Notes under the pieces: generated by a model | Seen by the model: the letters and a program-made list of their open reading frames with translations, nothing else | What the model was told of the DNA's origin: nothing | Database searches by the model: none | Assembly: GCA_965226245.1 (NCBI GenBank) | Contig: CBDDCL010000015.1 | Location: 2,038,515-2,102,514 of the forward strand | From: Bryobacterales bacterium | GTDB taxonomy: Bacteria > Acidobacteriota > Terriglobia > Bryobacterales > UBA6623 | Direction: 5' to 3' | Length of the DNA: 64,000 nt | Translations under genes and position numbers: made by a program | Part shown: positions 9,160 through 19,139 of the stretch, in pieces | Numbering within the stretch: position 1 is the first letter of the stretch | How the letters are laid out: every line of letters starts with the position of its first letter

Positions 9160-10340
9160 TGAGCGAGTTCCTCGCACTTGCTAAGGTTATGATGGTCAGC
9201 GACATTGTCGTGGATCTTGTCGAATATTCCCGCGACCAGGCCCCAATTCGGCTCGGGCTCATTCAGCTTCCGCCGCAACCTGGGCTGGTCGCCGTAAGTA
9301 TCGATTAGCCTGAGGCTGGTCTCGTACAGCGTGGTTGCCGCTGTTAAGCCCACCACGAAGGCGCGAGCCTTCAAGTCGGGATCGCGCACCGACTCGAATC
9401 CGGAGTAGAGTGTCACCATGCGGACCAGAGCCGCCCGTTGGGCCAAGTAGCTGACGAACAGCCAGCGGATCTGGTCCTCCTCCTCGGGGGTGTAGTAATC
9501 GCGGTTCTCGGCGGCAAGCCGGCCACCGAGTTCACTATGCAAGGCGGTAGCCGAGATTCTGAGGTCTTCTATCGCCGCAGTGACCTTTTTGAGTCGCTGC
9601 AAGTCCTCGTTTACCTGGCGGTCAATCTCCTCGGAGTTGAGATGCGCCAGGGTGGAGGGCAACAGTTCGTACTGGCTTGCCGTCGGGGCGCCGGCACGGC
9701 CAATGTAGATGCCTGCGCAAAAGACCGCAAACAAGAGCAACATTTGCCAGTACATCTTCGCCCACGGCGAGGAGAGTTTGGGCAGTTTGGCCTGGCGTGC
9801 CCACAGCACCAAGAAACCCAGCGCTGCTCCCATGGCCGGAATCGCGATCGCCAGCAGATAAAGAGGACTTGGATCCGGCGGCACACTCGGGTCTGCGGCT
9901 AGCCCCGCCAGCAGCAGCCCGGTTAACGAAGTGCACACACCCGTCGCCCGCCAGAGCCAGTCAGTTTTCTTATCTGGGCGAACCAGGGCCGCCCTCGGCG
10001 CGACCGTTGCTGCCGCTACCAACGCCACCCACCACACTCGCCACAGTGCCGGCTGCTGTGTCAGTGAGGTCCACCAAAGCAGATAGAAGCATACCTGGCT
10101 GGTGGCTAGCGACACAAATCCGAACATCACCAACTTTGGGACGCGATTCCATGCTCCTACGAGAACGAACGCCAAGAACGATCCGACCGCCACACCGAGG
10201 CAGGTCATGAGCACCCGAGGAGGGAGGGCTTCGTCAAAACCGGCCGCTTCGGGGGCCGCTATGAGGACTGCCAGTGTGAGCAACGAAGCAGCGAGCAGCC
10301 CCCGAAAAATGCTTCGCAAAGAAGAAATTGATGTAGGCAT
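9160..10340 (-). pseudogene. N-terminal fragment (multi-pass membrane domain plus helical domain) of the IS-disrupted YiiX-like gene
   Basis: An AAGGAG RBS lies 8 nt upstream of the ATG at 10340 (MPTSISSL). The tail of ORF 9105..10361 (MGYLVDSSS...) is IS sequence. Confidence 0.6.
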
Positions 10341-10418
10341 GGTGAATCTCCTTTCTCTCAAAGAATCGTCGGTAGAACGGTGTCAAAGACCCCGACGGAC
10401 TGCGATCCGGCCCCGCGG

Positions 10419-11045
10419 CTACTCGCTGATCTCCAAAGCCATTGTCCGAATCTTCTTCCAATCGATCTTGCCTGACCCGGGGACAGGGATCTCGTCGACG
10501 AGGTACAAGCTTTCGCGCTTCGGCATCCACAGTTTCGGCAGTCCGGACTCTGCGAGGCGCATGGACAATTCTTCCCTCGATACGCCGGGTTCGCCCTTAC
10601 GGTCGTCCGGGACGGCGGTAGCCACGGCGAGGTTGCCTCCCAACACGTGCGAGACCGTTTCCTCCACTTTGATCTGTGGGACCATCTCGCCGCCGATCTT
10701 GCTGCACCGCGACAAGCGGTCGGTGATGTGGATGAAGCCGTCATCGTCGATCGCCGCCACGCCGCCCGTGTGGTACCAGCCGTCGGTGATGACTTCCTTT
10801 GTCTTCTCCAGTTGTCCGAGATACCCTCTCATCACGTTGGGGCCCTTCACGAGCAGCATCCCGTCTTCGTCCGGCGGGAGGGCATCACTGAACGCAAAGG
10901 GATGCATGTCACAAGCACCTCCGGACCAAGGCAACAGTTTCAGCGGCGCCTCTCTGTTCGGGTTGGCATATCGGGAACCTGAAACAAGTGTATCCGGATC
11001 GCAGAAATCTCGCCAGAGGTGACGTGACAGTTCTTGAGGTGTCAC
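10419..11045 (-). pseudogene. remnant of an AMP-binding (AAS-like) enzyme, C-terminal ~150 aa only
   Basis: From ~10880 downward it is paralogous (~80% nt by eye) to the 3' end of 866..2920 (GMLLVKGPN..GYLGQ..KTKEV..DGWY..SKIGGEMVP). It has an internal deletion. Upstream ORF residues have no family resemblance. Confidence 0.7.
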
Positions 11046-11237
11046 AATCTAGGGGCTGACGCTTCAGCCAGGCACCGCCGACCCGGATCCCACTAGGCGG
11101 CTGGGCATGAGCATCCGCATGACCACGAGTGGGGCTAACTCCCTTGAAACCAATTATATAGCGCCTGTCCGCACCGCAACCCGAATAGCGGCCGCTGGCG
11201 TTTTGTGAAAACTAGTGAGGCGCGCCCAATTCTAACG

Positions 11238-11792
11238 ATGAAAATCGCGCTGAAGGAGTGGGCCGTTGTCATCGAAGCGATGGCGGCCGGGCATCAGATC
11301 TTTCTGCTCCGCAAGGGGGGCATCGCGGAAACCGGCCCCGGTTTCGAACCCAGGCACCGGGAGTTCCTGTTCTTTCCAACCTGGGAGCACCAGCACCTCG
11401 ATTCGGTTCGGCCGGAATTCCATCGGCTCTTCTCGGAGATCACCGAGCCCGACCCAGAAAACCTCGAGATCCGCTACATGGGAAGAGTAGCCGAAGTCCG
11501 GATGGCGCCGCCTTCGCGCCCTCGCATGGACCACCTCAATCGCCACCACATCTGGACGGAAATCTGCGTCGATAAGCGCTACCAGTACCGTCCTGACTTG
11601 CCGCTCTTTATCGTGATCGTCCGCCTATTTCGCCTCAGTGAGCCGCGAACGATTCCGCTTGACCGGCGCTACGCCGGCTGCCGCTCGTGGGTCGAGTTGT
11701 ATGAGGACATCCCCGCGGATTCGCTTGAACCCGTCATCGACGATACCCGTTTTGACCTGCTTCGGAATCAACTGACTGACGAACTTTCATGA
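11238..11792 (+). CDS. DUF1802 family protein
   Basis: MKIALKEWAVVIEAMAAGHQIFLLRKGGIAE is the characteristic N-terminus. ATG at 11238 is preferred over the GTG at 11205. Confidence 0.6.
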   Translation: MKIALKEWAVVIEAMAAGHQIFLLRKGGIAETGPGFEPRHREFLFFPTWEHQHLDSVRPEFHRLFSEITEPDPENLEIRYMGRVAEVRMAPPSRPRMDHLNRHHIWTEICVDKRYQYRPDLPLFIVIVRLFRLSEPRTIPLDRRYAGCRSWVELYEDIPADSLEPVIDDTRFDLLRNQLTDELS

Positions 11793-12060
11793 CTGCGGCG
11801 CCTTGAAAGCAGCAGGAGCCGTTCCCCGGCTGGGGTGCCAGAAAAGCAGCGAGTTCAGTACTGGTACTTACCAGCGTTTTCGCATTCTTACCTGTGGCTC
11901 CAATTGGTGATGGATTCACTGTATCGCGAGAGTCCGTCTCGGGATTCGGCGATGTTTAAAGGGTTCGCGTAAGCTCTCGAAGGTTTAGTTGCGTAGTGTT
12001 GCAACCTTAGGTCTGGGTAGGTGATAATGATTACTAGCGATCCCAGGAAACGTTTGGAGC

Positions 12061-12441
12061 TTGTCTAACGTGTATCTAGTACGGGAACAGTCCAATCTCG
12101 TCGACGCGATTTCTTCCATGTCCACAGCGGGCCGCGAGCAAGCGGCCCGTCGCTTTCTTGAAGGGCTTTCCACCGGCGAGCTGCGCTACATCGCCGCATA
12201 CCTTGGAACAAGAGTGGTTGACCCCGGCCTGCCTCCACCCAGCCAAGATCGCAATCATGCCGCTCAAAGCATTGAGCGGTATGAGGACGCCAAGAAAGGC
12301 CCCGAACCGAAAACGGTCGGCAGCGATTCCCGTTGTTGGGGCAGCATGGCTGGCCATCAAATGATGGTGCTGCTCGAGTATTTGACCCTGTGCAGCCTGA
12401 ATACTCCGGCTACCTTGCCCGTAGAAGCCGGTTGCGCCTAG
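12061..12441 (+). CDS. hypothetical protein
   Basis: 126-aa ORF with protein-like composition. It competes with antisense ORF 12076..12483. Start codon uncertain. Confidence 0.3.
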   Translation: MSNVYLVREQSNLVDAISSMSTAGREQAARRFLEGLSTGELRYIAAYLGTRVVDPGLPPPSQDRNHAAQSIERYEDAKKGPEPKTVGSDSRCWGSMAGHQMMVLLEYLTLCSLNTPATLPVEAGCA

Positions 12442-12473
12442 GGCTTCTGAGGCTTCGAGTTCAGCCTCTCTGA

Positions 12474-12577
12474 CGTGGCGCATGCATTCCTGCGTGCCGT
12501 GTTGCCATTCGTGGCGTCATAGTAGGGACATTGTGCGGACACTCACGTCCGACGCAAGCGTGGACTTCCGTCCACGC
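12474..12577 (+). repeat. twin-hairpin repeat plus GCGTGGAC-N4-GTCCACGC hairpin (family also at 54898-55104 and 63395-63444)
   Basis: ACGTGGCGCATGCATTCCTGCGTGCCGTGTTGCCATTCGTGGCGTCA, then the hairpin at 12558-12577. Confidence 0.6.
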
Positions 12578-12623
12578 CCCTGAGCTGCTTTGTGAAGTTT
12601 CCCGCGGCGTTTGGCAATTTCAC

Positions 12624-13382
12624 TTAGTCCGACGTTCCGCCACGATGCGGCTTTGCCAGCCAGCGAACAGCGTTTCGGATGATTTGCTGCATCTCGGCTT
12701 GCCGATAAATGGGGTGTGTTTCGTGCCCCGGCCGCAGGTAGAACACCTTGCCGCGGCCCACGTACCAGATCATTCCGTCACTGCCGTGTTGCTCACCGCC
12801 TTCCCACGATCCCTCGAGAATCTTGGCGTCCGGCGGAGGGACAGTGAAGGGGTTCTCATACATCTCCGTCGCCGGAATGACAAAGTCGGCAACTCCTTTG
12901 GTGATAGGATGCCGGGTGTCGAGCACCCGGACGGTCTCGGGCTTCGCTTGGTTGCGAACCCGGCCCCACTTTCCAATGGGTCCTTCGAGCTTGACCCCGC
13001 CTTGTTCAGCTTTGATGCGCATCAGCTCTTGCAACGGGCGGCAGTAGTGTGCCGAGTGCAGCGGCAGAAAGCCCATCCCGTGCTCTCTGACATGGCGCAC
13101 GACCCGCTGCACGCTCTCATCGCTGACTGCGTTGTGGCTGCGGTGTCCGAACCAGACCAGGACGTCCGTCTTAAGCAGAGCGGCTTCGCTGAGACCCTGT
13201 TCGGGATCGAGCAGGTTGGCGACGGTGACTCTGGCCCGGCGGTCGGGTTTCAATAGTTCTTCGATGGCGCCGTTGATTCCCCGCGGATAGACTTCAACCG
13301 GTTCGCTGCGTTCCGACCAGGCCATGACTTCGATGCGCTGCGCGGAAACGGTGATACTGGAAAGCAAGCACAAGGACCACAA
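12624..13382 (-). CDS. ThuA domain-containing protein
   Basis: DVLVWFGH...FLPLHSAHY...GRGKVFYLRPGHE pattern typical of the ThuA (trehalose utilisation) family. Confidence 0.6.
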   Translation of the reverse strand: MWSLCLLSSITVSAQRIEVMAWSERSEPVEVYPRGINGAIEELLKPDRRARVTVANLLDPEQGLSEAALLKTDVLVWFGHRSHNAVSDESVQRVVRHVREHGMGFLPLHSAHYCRPLQELMRIKAEQGGVKLEGPIGKWGRVRNQAKPETVRVLDTRHPITKGVADFVIPATEMYENPFTVPPPDAKILEGSWEGGEQHGSDGMIWYVGRGKVFYLRPGHETHPIYRQAEMQQIIRNAVRWLAKPHRGGTSD

Positions 13383-13512
13383 GAGGGCAACTCACATAGG
13401 CGATACTGTAGCAGACCGGAGCGTTGAGTCGGCCGGCCATGAGAGAGGTCAGACATTGTCCCGGGCCGGTGCTCCAAAGCTGACCGATGCTCCAAAGCTG
13501 AGAAGTTCCCCT

Positions 13513-14883
13513 ATGACGATGTCCGCGGCCGAATACTATACGTCCCATCGTGATGAATTTCTTGATGGTCTTGTGGAATTCCTGAGAATCCCCAGCGTCA
13601 GCACTCTTCCCGAGCACAAGGGCGACATCGCCCGGGCCGCCGCCTTCGTCGCCGATGAATTGAAAGCCGCCGGATTGCGGAATACCGTCCTGATCGAAGG
13701 CGAAGGGAATCCGATTGTTTTCTCTGAGTGGATGGGGGCGCCGGGGAAGCCGACCGTGCTTGTTTATGGGCACTATGATGTTCAACCGGCGGACCCGCTG
13801 AGCGAGTGGGCTTCGCCGCCTTTCGAGCCTCAAGTTCGCGGAGACGATATTTTTGCACGCGGCGCTTCCGACGATAAAGGCCAGACCTACCTGCTGCTCA
13901 AAGCAGTCGAAAGCTTGCTGCAAGCTGACGGTAAGCTGCCGATCAATGTCAAATTCCTCATCGAAGGCGAGGAGGAAACGGGCGGCGACGTGCTCGAACA
14001 ATACCTGAGGGTTCACGGGCGCCAGCTCGGCGCGGATGCGGCTCTGGTCTGCGACACCGAAATGTTCGCTCCTGATTTGCCGACCCTCTGCGTGGGACTG
14101 CGAGGCCTGGTTTACACGGAGATCGAGGTCGAGGGGCCGCGCACGGATCTTCACTCAGGTGTCTATGGCGGTGTCGCCCCGAACGCACTTCAAGCGATTT
14201 CGGAGATCATCGCCGGGCTGAAAGAACCTGGCGGAAAGGTCGCGATTCCGGGTTTTTACGACGGCGTAAAGCCCCCGGCGCCGGCCGAACTCGCCGCCTG
14301 GCAGCGCTTGCCGTTCGACGAGGCCGCCTACTTGGCCGCCGAGGTCGGTTCGGAAACGCTGGTTGGAGAAGAGGGCTTTTCGGTGCTCGAGCGAGTCTGG
14401 GCGCGGCCGAGCCTGGATGTCCACGGCATACGCGGCGGCTTCGTGGGAGAAGGGGGCAAGACCGTCATTCCAGCGCGCGGAACGGCCAAGGTCAGTATGC
14501 GTCTGGTAGCGGACATGGATCCGGACGACGTTTTTGCGAAGTTTCGGCATCACGTGGAGCAGTCGGCTCCTGCGGGCGCTCGTGTGTCGGTGCGGCTGCA
14601 CTCCTCGGCGCCGGCTGCAACTGTCGATCCAGACAATCGGTTTGTGCGGACCGCCGCTCGTGCGCTGAGGGAAGTTTTTGGCGCCGAGACGGTCTACACC
14701 CGCTCGGGAGGGTCAATTCCCGTGGTGGGTCAGTTGCAAGAGTATGCCGGGATCCCGAGCGTCCTGATGGGGTTTGGGTTGCCGGACGACAATATCCATG
14801 CACCGAATGAGAAGTTTCATTTGCCGAACTTCTTTCGCGGCATCGCCGCTGTCTCGCGCTACTTGGAAATGTTAGGTGAGTAG
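13513..14883 (+). CDS. M20 family dipeptidase/peptidase
   Basis: LVYGHYDVQP...ARGASDDKGQ...IEGEEETGG motifs. ATG at 13513 is preferred because the upstream ORF extension has no family match. Confidence 0.8.
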   Translation: MTMSAAEYYTSHRDEFLDGLVEFLRIPSVSTLPEHKGDIARAAAFVADELKAAGLRNTVLIEGEGNPIVFSEWMGAPGKPTVLVYGHYDVQPADPLSEWASPPFEPQVRGDDIFARGASDDKGQTYLLLKAVESLLQADGKLPINVKFLIEGEEETGGDVLEQYLRVHGRQLGADAALVCDTEMFAPDLPTLCVGLRGLVYTEIEVEGPRTDLHSGVYGGVAPNALQAISEIIAGLKEPGGKVAIPGFYDGVKPPAPAELAAWQRLPFDEAAYLAAEVGSETLVGEEGFSVLERVWARPSLDVHGIRGGFVGEGGKTVIPARGTAKVSMRLVADMDPDDVFAKFRHHVEQSAPAGARVSVRLHSSAPAATVDPDNRFVRTAARALREVFGAETVYTRSGGSIPVVGQLQEYAGIPSVLMGFGLPDDNIHAPNEKFHLPNFFRGIAAVSRYLEMLGE

Positions 14884-16870
14884 GACGGGCCCATCCTCGC
14901 GCCGCGCTTTTCTGCTGGCATTCCTGCTGATTGCTTTGTCGCTGCCGCTGGCCGGAATCGGCGTTGCGGCTCCGAATATCTCTTTTTCCGGGGTCGTCAA
15001 CGCAGCGGGCTTCATGCCGCCGCCGCGCGCCGGGTCGGCGATCGCGCAGGGGTCGATCTTCTCGATCTTCGGCGCCGGCCTCGGACCCGAGCCTGGTGTG
15101 ACAGCGCCGGAACCGCCGCTGCTCCCATCGCTAGCCGGAGTCTCGGTGCGTGTCTTTACCCCTGCTGGAGACTCAGTCGACGCGCTCCCGCTCTATACCG
15201 GCGCGTCTCAAATCAACGCCATCATGCCGTCCAGCACTGCTGTCGGCCTAAATTTCCTCAGCGTCACCTACGCCGGGGAGACCAGCTCGGCGGTTCCCAT
15301 CAAGGTAGTCCACAGCAGTTTCGGCATCTTTACTCGCGGACTGGCTCCGCCCGCTGGATCTTCACGGCCGGGGGCCCGGCTCGCCGCAGTCCAAAACGTC
15401 ATGGGGAGCGGCGAGCTTCAACTCAACGGGCCGGAAACCCCGGCGAGGCCAGGCCAAACCGTCACACTGTGGGGCACTGGCCTCGGGGCTGTCGCCGGAC
15501 CGGACGCGATTCCCTCCGCTGCCCGCCAGGCGGCCACGCTGGTCGAAGTCGACGTGGGCGGCCATGCGGCTCAGCTTAGCTATAGCGGCCGCTCGCCGTG
15601 CTGCCCGGGCGTTGACCAGATCAACTTGCAAATTCCCGAGAATTCACCGTTGGGCTGCTTCGTGCCGGTGTCGGTGCGAGTGCGAGGGGTTGTTTACAGC
15701 AATGTCGAAGCAATCTCAATTTCAGCGGACGGCTCTGGGCGCCAAGACGGCTGCGATCCAGTCACACCGGACGAGGGACAAAGAATCGGGCAAATCTCGC
15801 TGTCACGAATGGTCAACAACGGAGAAGTGAATGACCTCGTGCAGGGGATCTTTTATCAGGCGCCGGGCAGCTCGCCGCTGAGGGTTGCCCCAGCGCCTGG
15901 TGCCTGCCTTTTTGTTCTGGAATCTCCACCGCCCGAGGGGAATCCGCTTGACGCGGGGCCGCAATTGTCGATCAGCGGACCCGCCGGCGGCGTCTTGGCT
16001 GTTCAGCAAGACGGATCCTATCGGGCGCAAGCCCCGCCAGGACCGCTTTTCTTGGGATCTGGAGGCTACTCGGGTTCCGGCCCCGGGGGAACGGATATCG
16101 GTTCTTTCACCGCTTCGATCGAAGTTCCCGAACCACCGCGGTGGGATCTGGGTGAGTCCTCCGATAGGATCACCCGCAATCGAGGTTTTACCGTGACCTG
16201 GCAGGAGCCGGCCGAACCGGCCCAAAAGGCCACGGAAATCTCGATTATGCTGTCTGCCGGAAGCCCTGAAAAGGTGGTCTGCTCCGCCCCAGCGGAGGGA
16301 AGTGTGCTGACTGTTCCGCCGTCCATTCTCACCAACTTGCCTCAGTCAGATCGCCGCCCGCGAGGAACGGAGGAGTTCCGCTTCAGCAGTCTGTGGAAAC
16401 CGCCTGACGCCCGCTTTTCCGCCTCCGGGCTGGACGACGGCTTTGTTGAGTATGGCCACACCGAAAGCACGATCGTCTCTCTCAGCGCGCCCGAACTGCC
16501 GAGTTCGCCGGTCAATCTGCCCAACGGTACAGTGATTCAGGCCGAACTGGCGACATCGTTCGGCGAACGACAGCGCGGTTTGATGAATCGCACGGAGCTG
16601 GCTGCTGACCGCGGCATGCTGTTCGAGTTTGAGCAAGCGGCCCTCCACCGATTTTGGATGTTCGGCACGCTGATCCCGCTGGATATTATTTGGCTCGACC
16701 CAGATCGTCGCGTTGTCTTCATCTCAGCCGATACGCCGCCTTGCGAAAGCAGCAATCCGGGAGAGTGCCCGACCTACGGTCCTCAACAACCCTCGCGGTT
16801 CGTCTTGGAGCTGGCGGGCGGCCAAGCCGCGGCTAACGGCCTGCGGTTGGGCGATCAACTGGAGTGGTGA
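14876..16870 (+). CDS. secreted protein: TIGR03437-like (Solibacter-type) N-terminal domain fused to a C-terminal DUF192 domain
   Basis: Signal peptide present. GVVNAAGF...GSIFSIFGAGLGP...SQINAIMP pattern. The C-terminus RGLMNR..GMLFEF...FWMFGTLIPLDIIWLD is DUF192-like. Confidence 0.6.
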   Translation: MSRTGPSSRRAFLLAFLLIALSLPLAGIGVAAPNISFSGVVNAAGFMPPPRAGSAIAQGSIFSIFGAGLGPEPGVTAPEPPLLPSLAGVSVRVFTPAGDSVDALPLYTGASQINAIMPSSTAVGLNFLSVTYAGETSSAVPIKVVHSSFGIFTRGLAPPAGSSRPGARLAAVQNVMGSGELQLNGPETPARPGQTVTLWGTGLGAVAGPDAIPSAARQAATLVEVDVGGHAAQLSYSGRSPCCPGVDQINLQIPENSPLGCFVPVSVRVRGVVYSNVEAISISADGSGRQDGCDPVTPDEGQRIGQISLSRMVNNGEVNDLVQGIFYQAPGSSPLRVAPAPGACLFVLESPPPEGNPLDAGPQLSISGPAGGVLAVQQDGSYRAQAPPGPLFLGSGGYSGSGPGGTDIGSFTASIEVPEPPRWDLGESSDRITRNRGFTVTWQEPAEPAQKATEISIMLSAGSPEKVVCSAPAEGSVLTVPPSILTNLPQSDRRPRGTEEFRFSSLWKPPDARFSASGLDDGFVEYGHTESTIVSLSAPELPSSPVNLPNGTVIQAELATSFGERQRGLMNRTELAADRGMLFEFEQAALHRFWMFGTLIPLDIIWLDPDRRVVFISADTPPCESSNPGECPTYGPQQPSRFVLELAGGQAAANGLRLGDQLEW

Positions 16871-16939
16871 CGGCGGATGGCCGTTGTCTCTATTCGTCGA
16901 CCGTCGCGGAGAGCGCCAGGAACAGGCCCTCTCCCCACG

Positions 16940-17872
16940 CTAACTGAGATTCCGGGGGAGTTCAATCAACATGGACTTGTCGGTCTCAACGTCATTGACT
17001 CTGGCGTTGTATGTATCAAGAAGTTGCTTGAGTTTCCGAGCTGTGCGCTTACTGTCAAATACGGTCAACTCATCAATGTTCTGCGCCAGAAATGATTCAA
17101 GCGCCTGTACGGAAATGCGCCTGCCCGCAGCCATTTCGGCGTTCTCTCTAGCTGCATTGAGACGTTCCAGTGGAACCAGCAAGTAGCACTTGAGTCCGTT
17201 TGACAGATTGTCTTTACACTTCTGATAAACACCGGGCATGGACGCAATCGTCACGTGAAACGCTGTGTCGCCGACAAGAAAATCGCCGGCCCGGCCTAGC
17301 TGGACATCAGCCGTGGTGAAGGAGTTGTTGTCAATGTGCAATTCCGGGAACCGGAGCTGAAGCTTCGCTCCGATCATGTATTGGGCGACAGGGCCCGCTT
17401 TCCTGCTCTCGGCGGCTTGGCGAATTATTTCAGAGAAGAACCGCTCAGTCGTCTTGCCGGGCTCAAAAACAATCTTCAGGCGCTGGAAGTTCAGATAGCC
17501 TCGAACGCCGCGATCGACCAAGAATCTCTGCGCGTCATTCAGAAGGCCGATACGTTCGGTCTCTGACAGCAAACCGATTCCAGAGTCCCGCAACGTGGTC
17601 AGCAGCGACTCTATAGCGTCAAGTGAACCGCGGTTCGTGCGGCCTCCCTCGCTCAGGAAAGGGCGGACCTCCCCATGCGCGGCAAGAATCTTCGTCACCG
17701 CGCGCCCAGCCACCCCTCGAATCTGCCCGCCACCTTTAGTGCGGTGCGCTCCGATAGACAGCTCGAAATCTGTCTTAAGATGCTCCAAGACGACGAGAGC
17801 GGCCGCGGTTTTTCCCCGTGCCGGCAGGTTTAGAACCACGCTCCTTCCGCAACCCCTCGAACCATCCCCCAA
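16940..17872 (-). CDS. candidate type II restriction endonuclease (DUF4928-like) partner of the adjacent C5 methyltransferase
   Basis: Intact 310-aa ORF 60 nt downstream of the MTase gene on the same strand. Local GC is visibly lower than in flanking genes. Family assignment is from memory of DUF4928-type proteins linked to dcm/vsr. Confidence 0.45.
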   Translation of the reverse strand: MGDGSRGCGRSVVLNLPARGKTAAALVVLEHLKTDFELSIGAHRTKGGGQIRGVAGRAVTKILAAHGEVRPFLSEGGRTNRGSLDAIESLLTTLRDSGIGLLSETERIGLLNDAQRFLVDRGVRGYLNFQRLKIVFEPGKTTERFFSEIIRQAAESRKAGPVAQYMIGAKLQLRFPELHIDNNSFTTADVQLGRAGDFLVGDTAFHVTIASMPGVYQKCKDNLSNGLKCYLLVPLERLNAARENAEMAAGRRISVQALESFLAQNIDELTVFDSKRTARKLKQLLDTYNARVNDVETDKSMLIELPRNLS

Positions 17873-17932
17873 GATGCCGTATCAGATCTTGTCGAGCATT
17901 GCTCATGCGAATTACGGTTCCAATTGCGGTGT

Positions 17933-18571
17933 CTAGCTGGCTCGCTCCAAACCCCTGGCAAGCCGCAGCGCGAGCGGCGTGAGATAGTTTTGAGCAATCC
18001 ATCGAATCACTGGGACACACACAGCATCACCGAACCCGAAGAGACCCTGATTGGAACGGCCAGGAATCACATAGTCGTCGGAAACGCCTTGAAGGCGAGC
18101 ATATTCCCGCGGAGTCATGTAGCGGGCGCGAATCGATCCGCGACCCGCGACGACGAGAATCTGTCTGCTGCTTCCTCCTCTGGGTGTTCGCAAGCAGCCG
18201 GCGACGCCGTCGTCCCTTACTTCGGCCGTGCTGACTCCGTTTCGCATCCTTCGGTAGACCGTGGCGTGGAAAGCCTTCGCTGACGCCCTGCGGCTCTCGA
18301 CCCGCCCAAGATGCGCCTCATTCATTTGGCTCAGCAGCTTCTTCACGCGGTCGCCGGACCACCAAGCCGGATCGTTCTTTGGCAGGGTCTCGACTACGTC
18401 TGATAGGGAACCTACGATGGCTGGAAGCGACGGCAGGGACTTGATCGACCACTTAAGATCGGTATTGCGCAGAATCGCGCTGGCCAACGCCTGAGACCTG
18501 TGGCTCCCCTCGGAAAACAAAACGTTCTCCGAAAACGGAGGCATGAGGCTGAATCGATCGAGAGCCCCCAT
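17933..18571 (-). CDS. C5 cytosine DNA methyltransferase, C-terminal piece (variable region plus motifs IX-X)
   Basis: RYMTPREYARLQG and GFGDAVCVPV motifs. A potential ATG at 18571 is created at the IS/host junction and gives MGALDRFSLMPPF... Confidence 0.7.
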   Translation of the reverse strand: MGALDRFSLMPPFSENVLFSEGSHRSQALASAILRNTDLKWSIKSLPSLPAIVGSLSDVVETLPKNDPAWWSGDRVKKLLSQMNEAHLGRVESRRASAKAFHATVYRRMRNGVSTAEVRDDGVAGCLRTPRGGSSRQILVVAGRGSIRARYMTPREYARLQGVSDDYVIPGRSNQGLFGFGDAVCVPVIRWIAQNYLTPLALRLARGLERAS

Positions 18572-19139
18572 GGTGCGCCCCGGTCGCAATAGTCGAAGAG
18601 GGCGTCCGAGGTCGCGAAATGGTTGGCAAAGCGTTAGTTGCGGTTGCTGCCGAGGAGGATGGGCGCGGTATGGGTCGCATCCGGCTCCGTCGGATCGCGG
18701 ATGCCTCAGCGGCGAGCTTGGAAGCCTTTGTCGAAGAAGCTATCCAACCTGGCAGCCTCGTGCACACCGACGGCTGGGAAGGCTATGCGGGATTGGAGAA
18801 CAAAGGATACCGCCATGAAGTCACCGTGCTGCGCGGGAAGCGGCAATCGGCGAGTAAGCTGCTGCCGAGAGTCCATCGTGTCGCCTCTCTGCTAAAGCGC
18901 TGGCTGTTGGGGACCCACCAGGGGGCTGTCAGTCACGAGTATTTGGACTACTACCTGGACGAGTTCACGTTCCGCTTCAACCGGCGGACCTCACGGTCGC
19001 GCGGCAAACTTTTCTATCGCCTCCTCCAGCAGGCGGTCGCCGCCGACCCTGCTCCCTATAAGACAATGGTCGAGGCCACCAGGGCCGGCACCCCCACCCC
19101 CAAGATGTAGTGGCTACTGGAGTCAACTAAATACCCCAT
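18570..19139 (+). mobile_element. truncated IS1595-family copy (3' ~570 bp, with ~47-bp internal deletion)
   Basis: Encodes the last 163 aa of the transposase, identical to the full copies. It ends with the TIR ...GTGGCTACTGGAGTCAACTAAATACCCCAT. The DETYVGG segment is deleted. Flanked by a ~102/105-bp host duplication (18465-18569 and 19141-19242). Confidence 0.9.
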
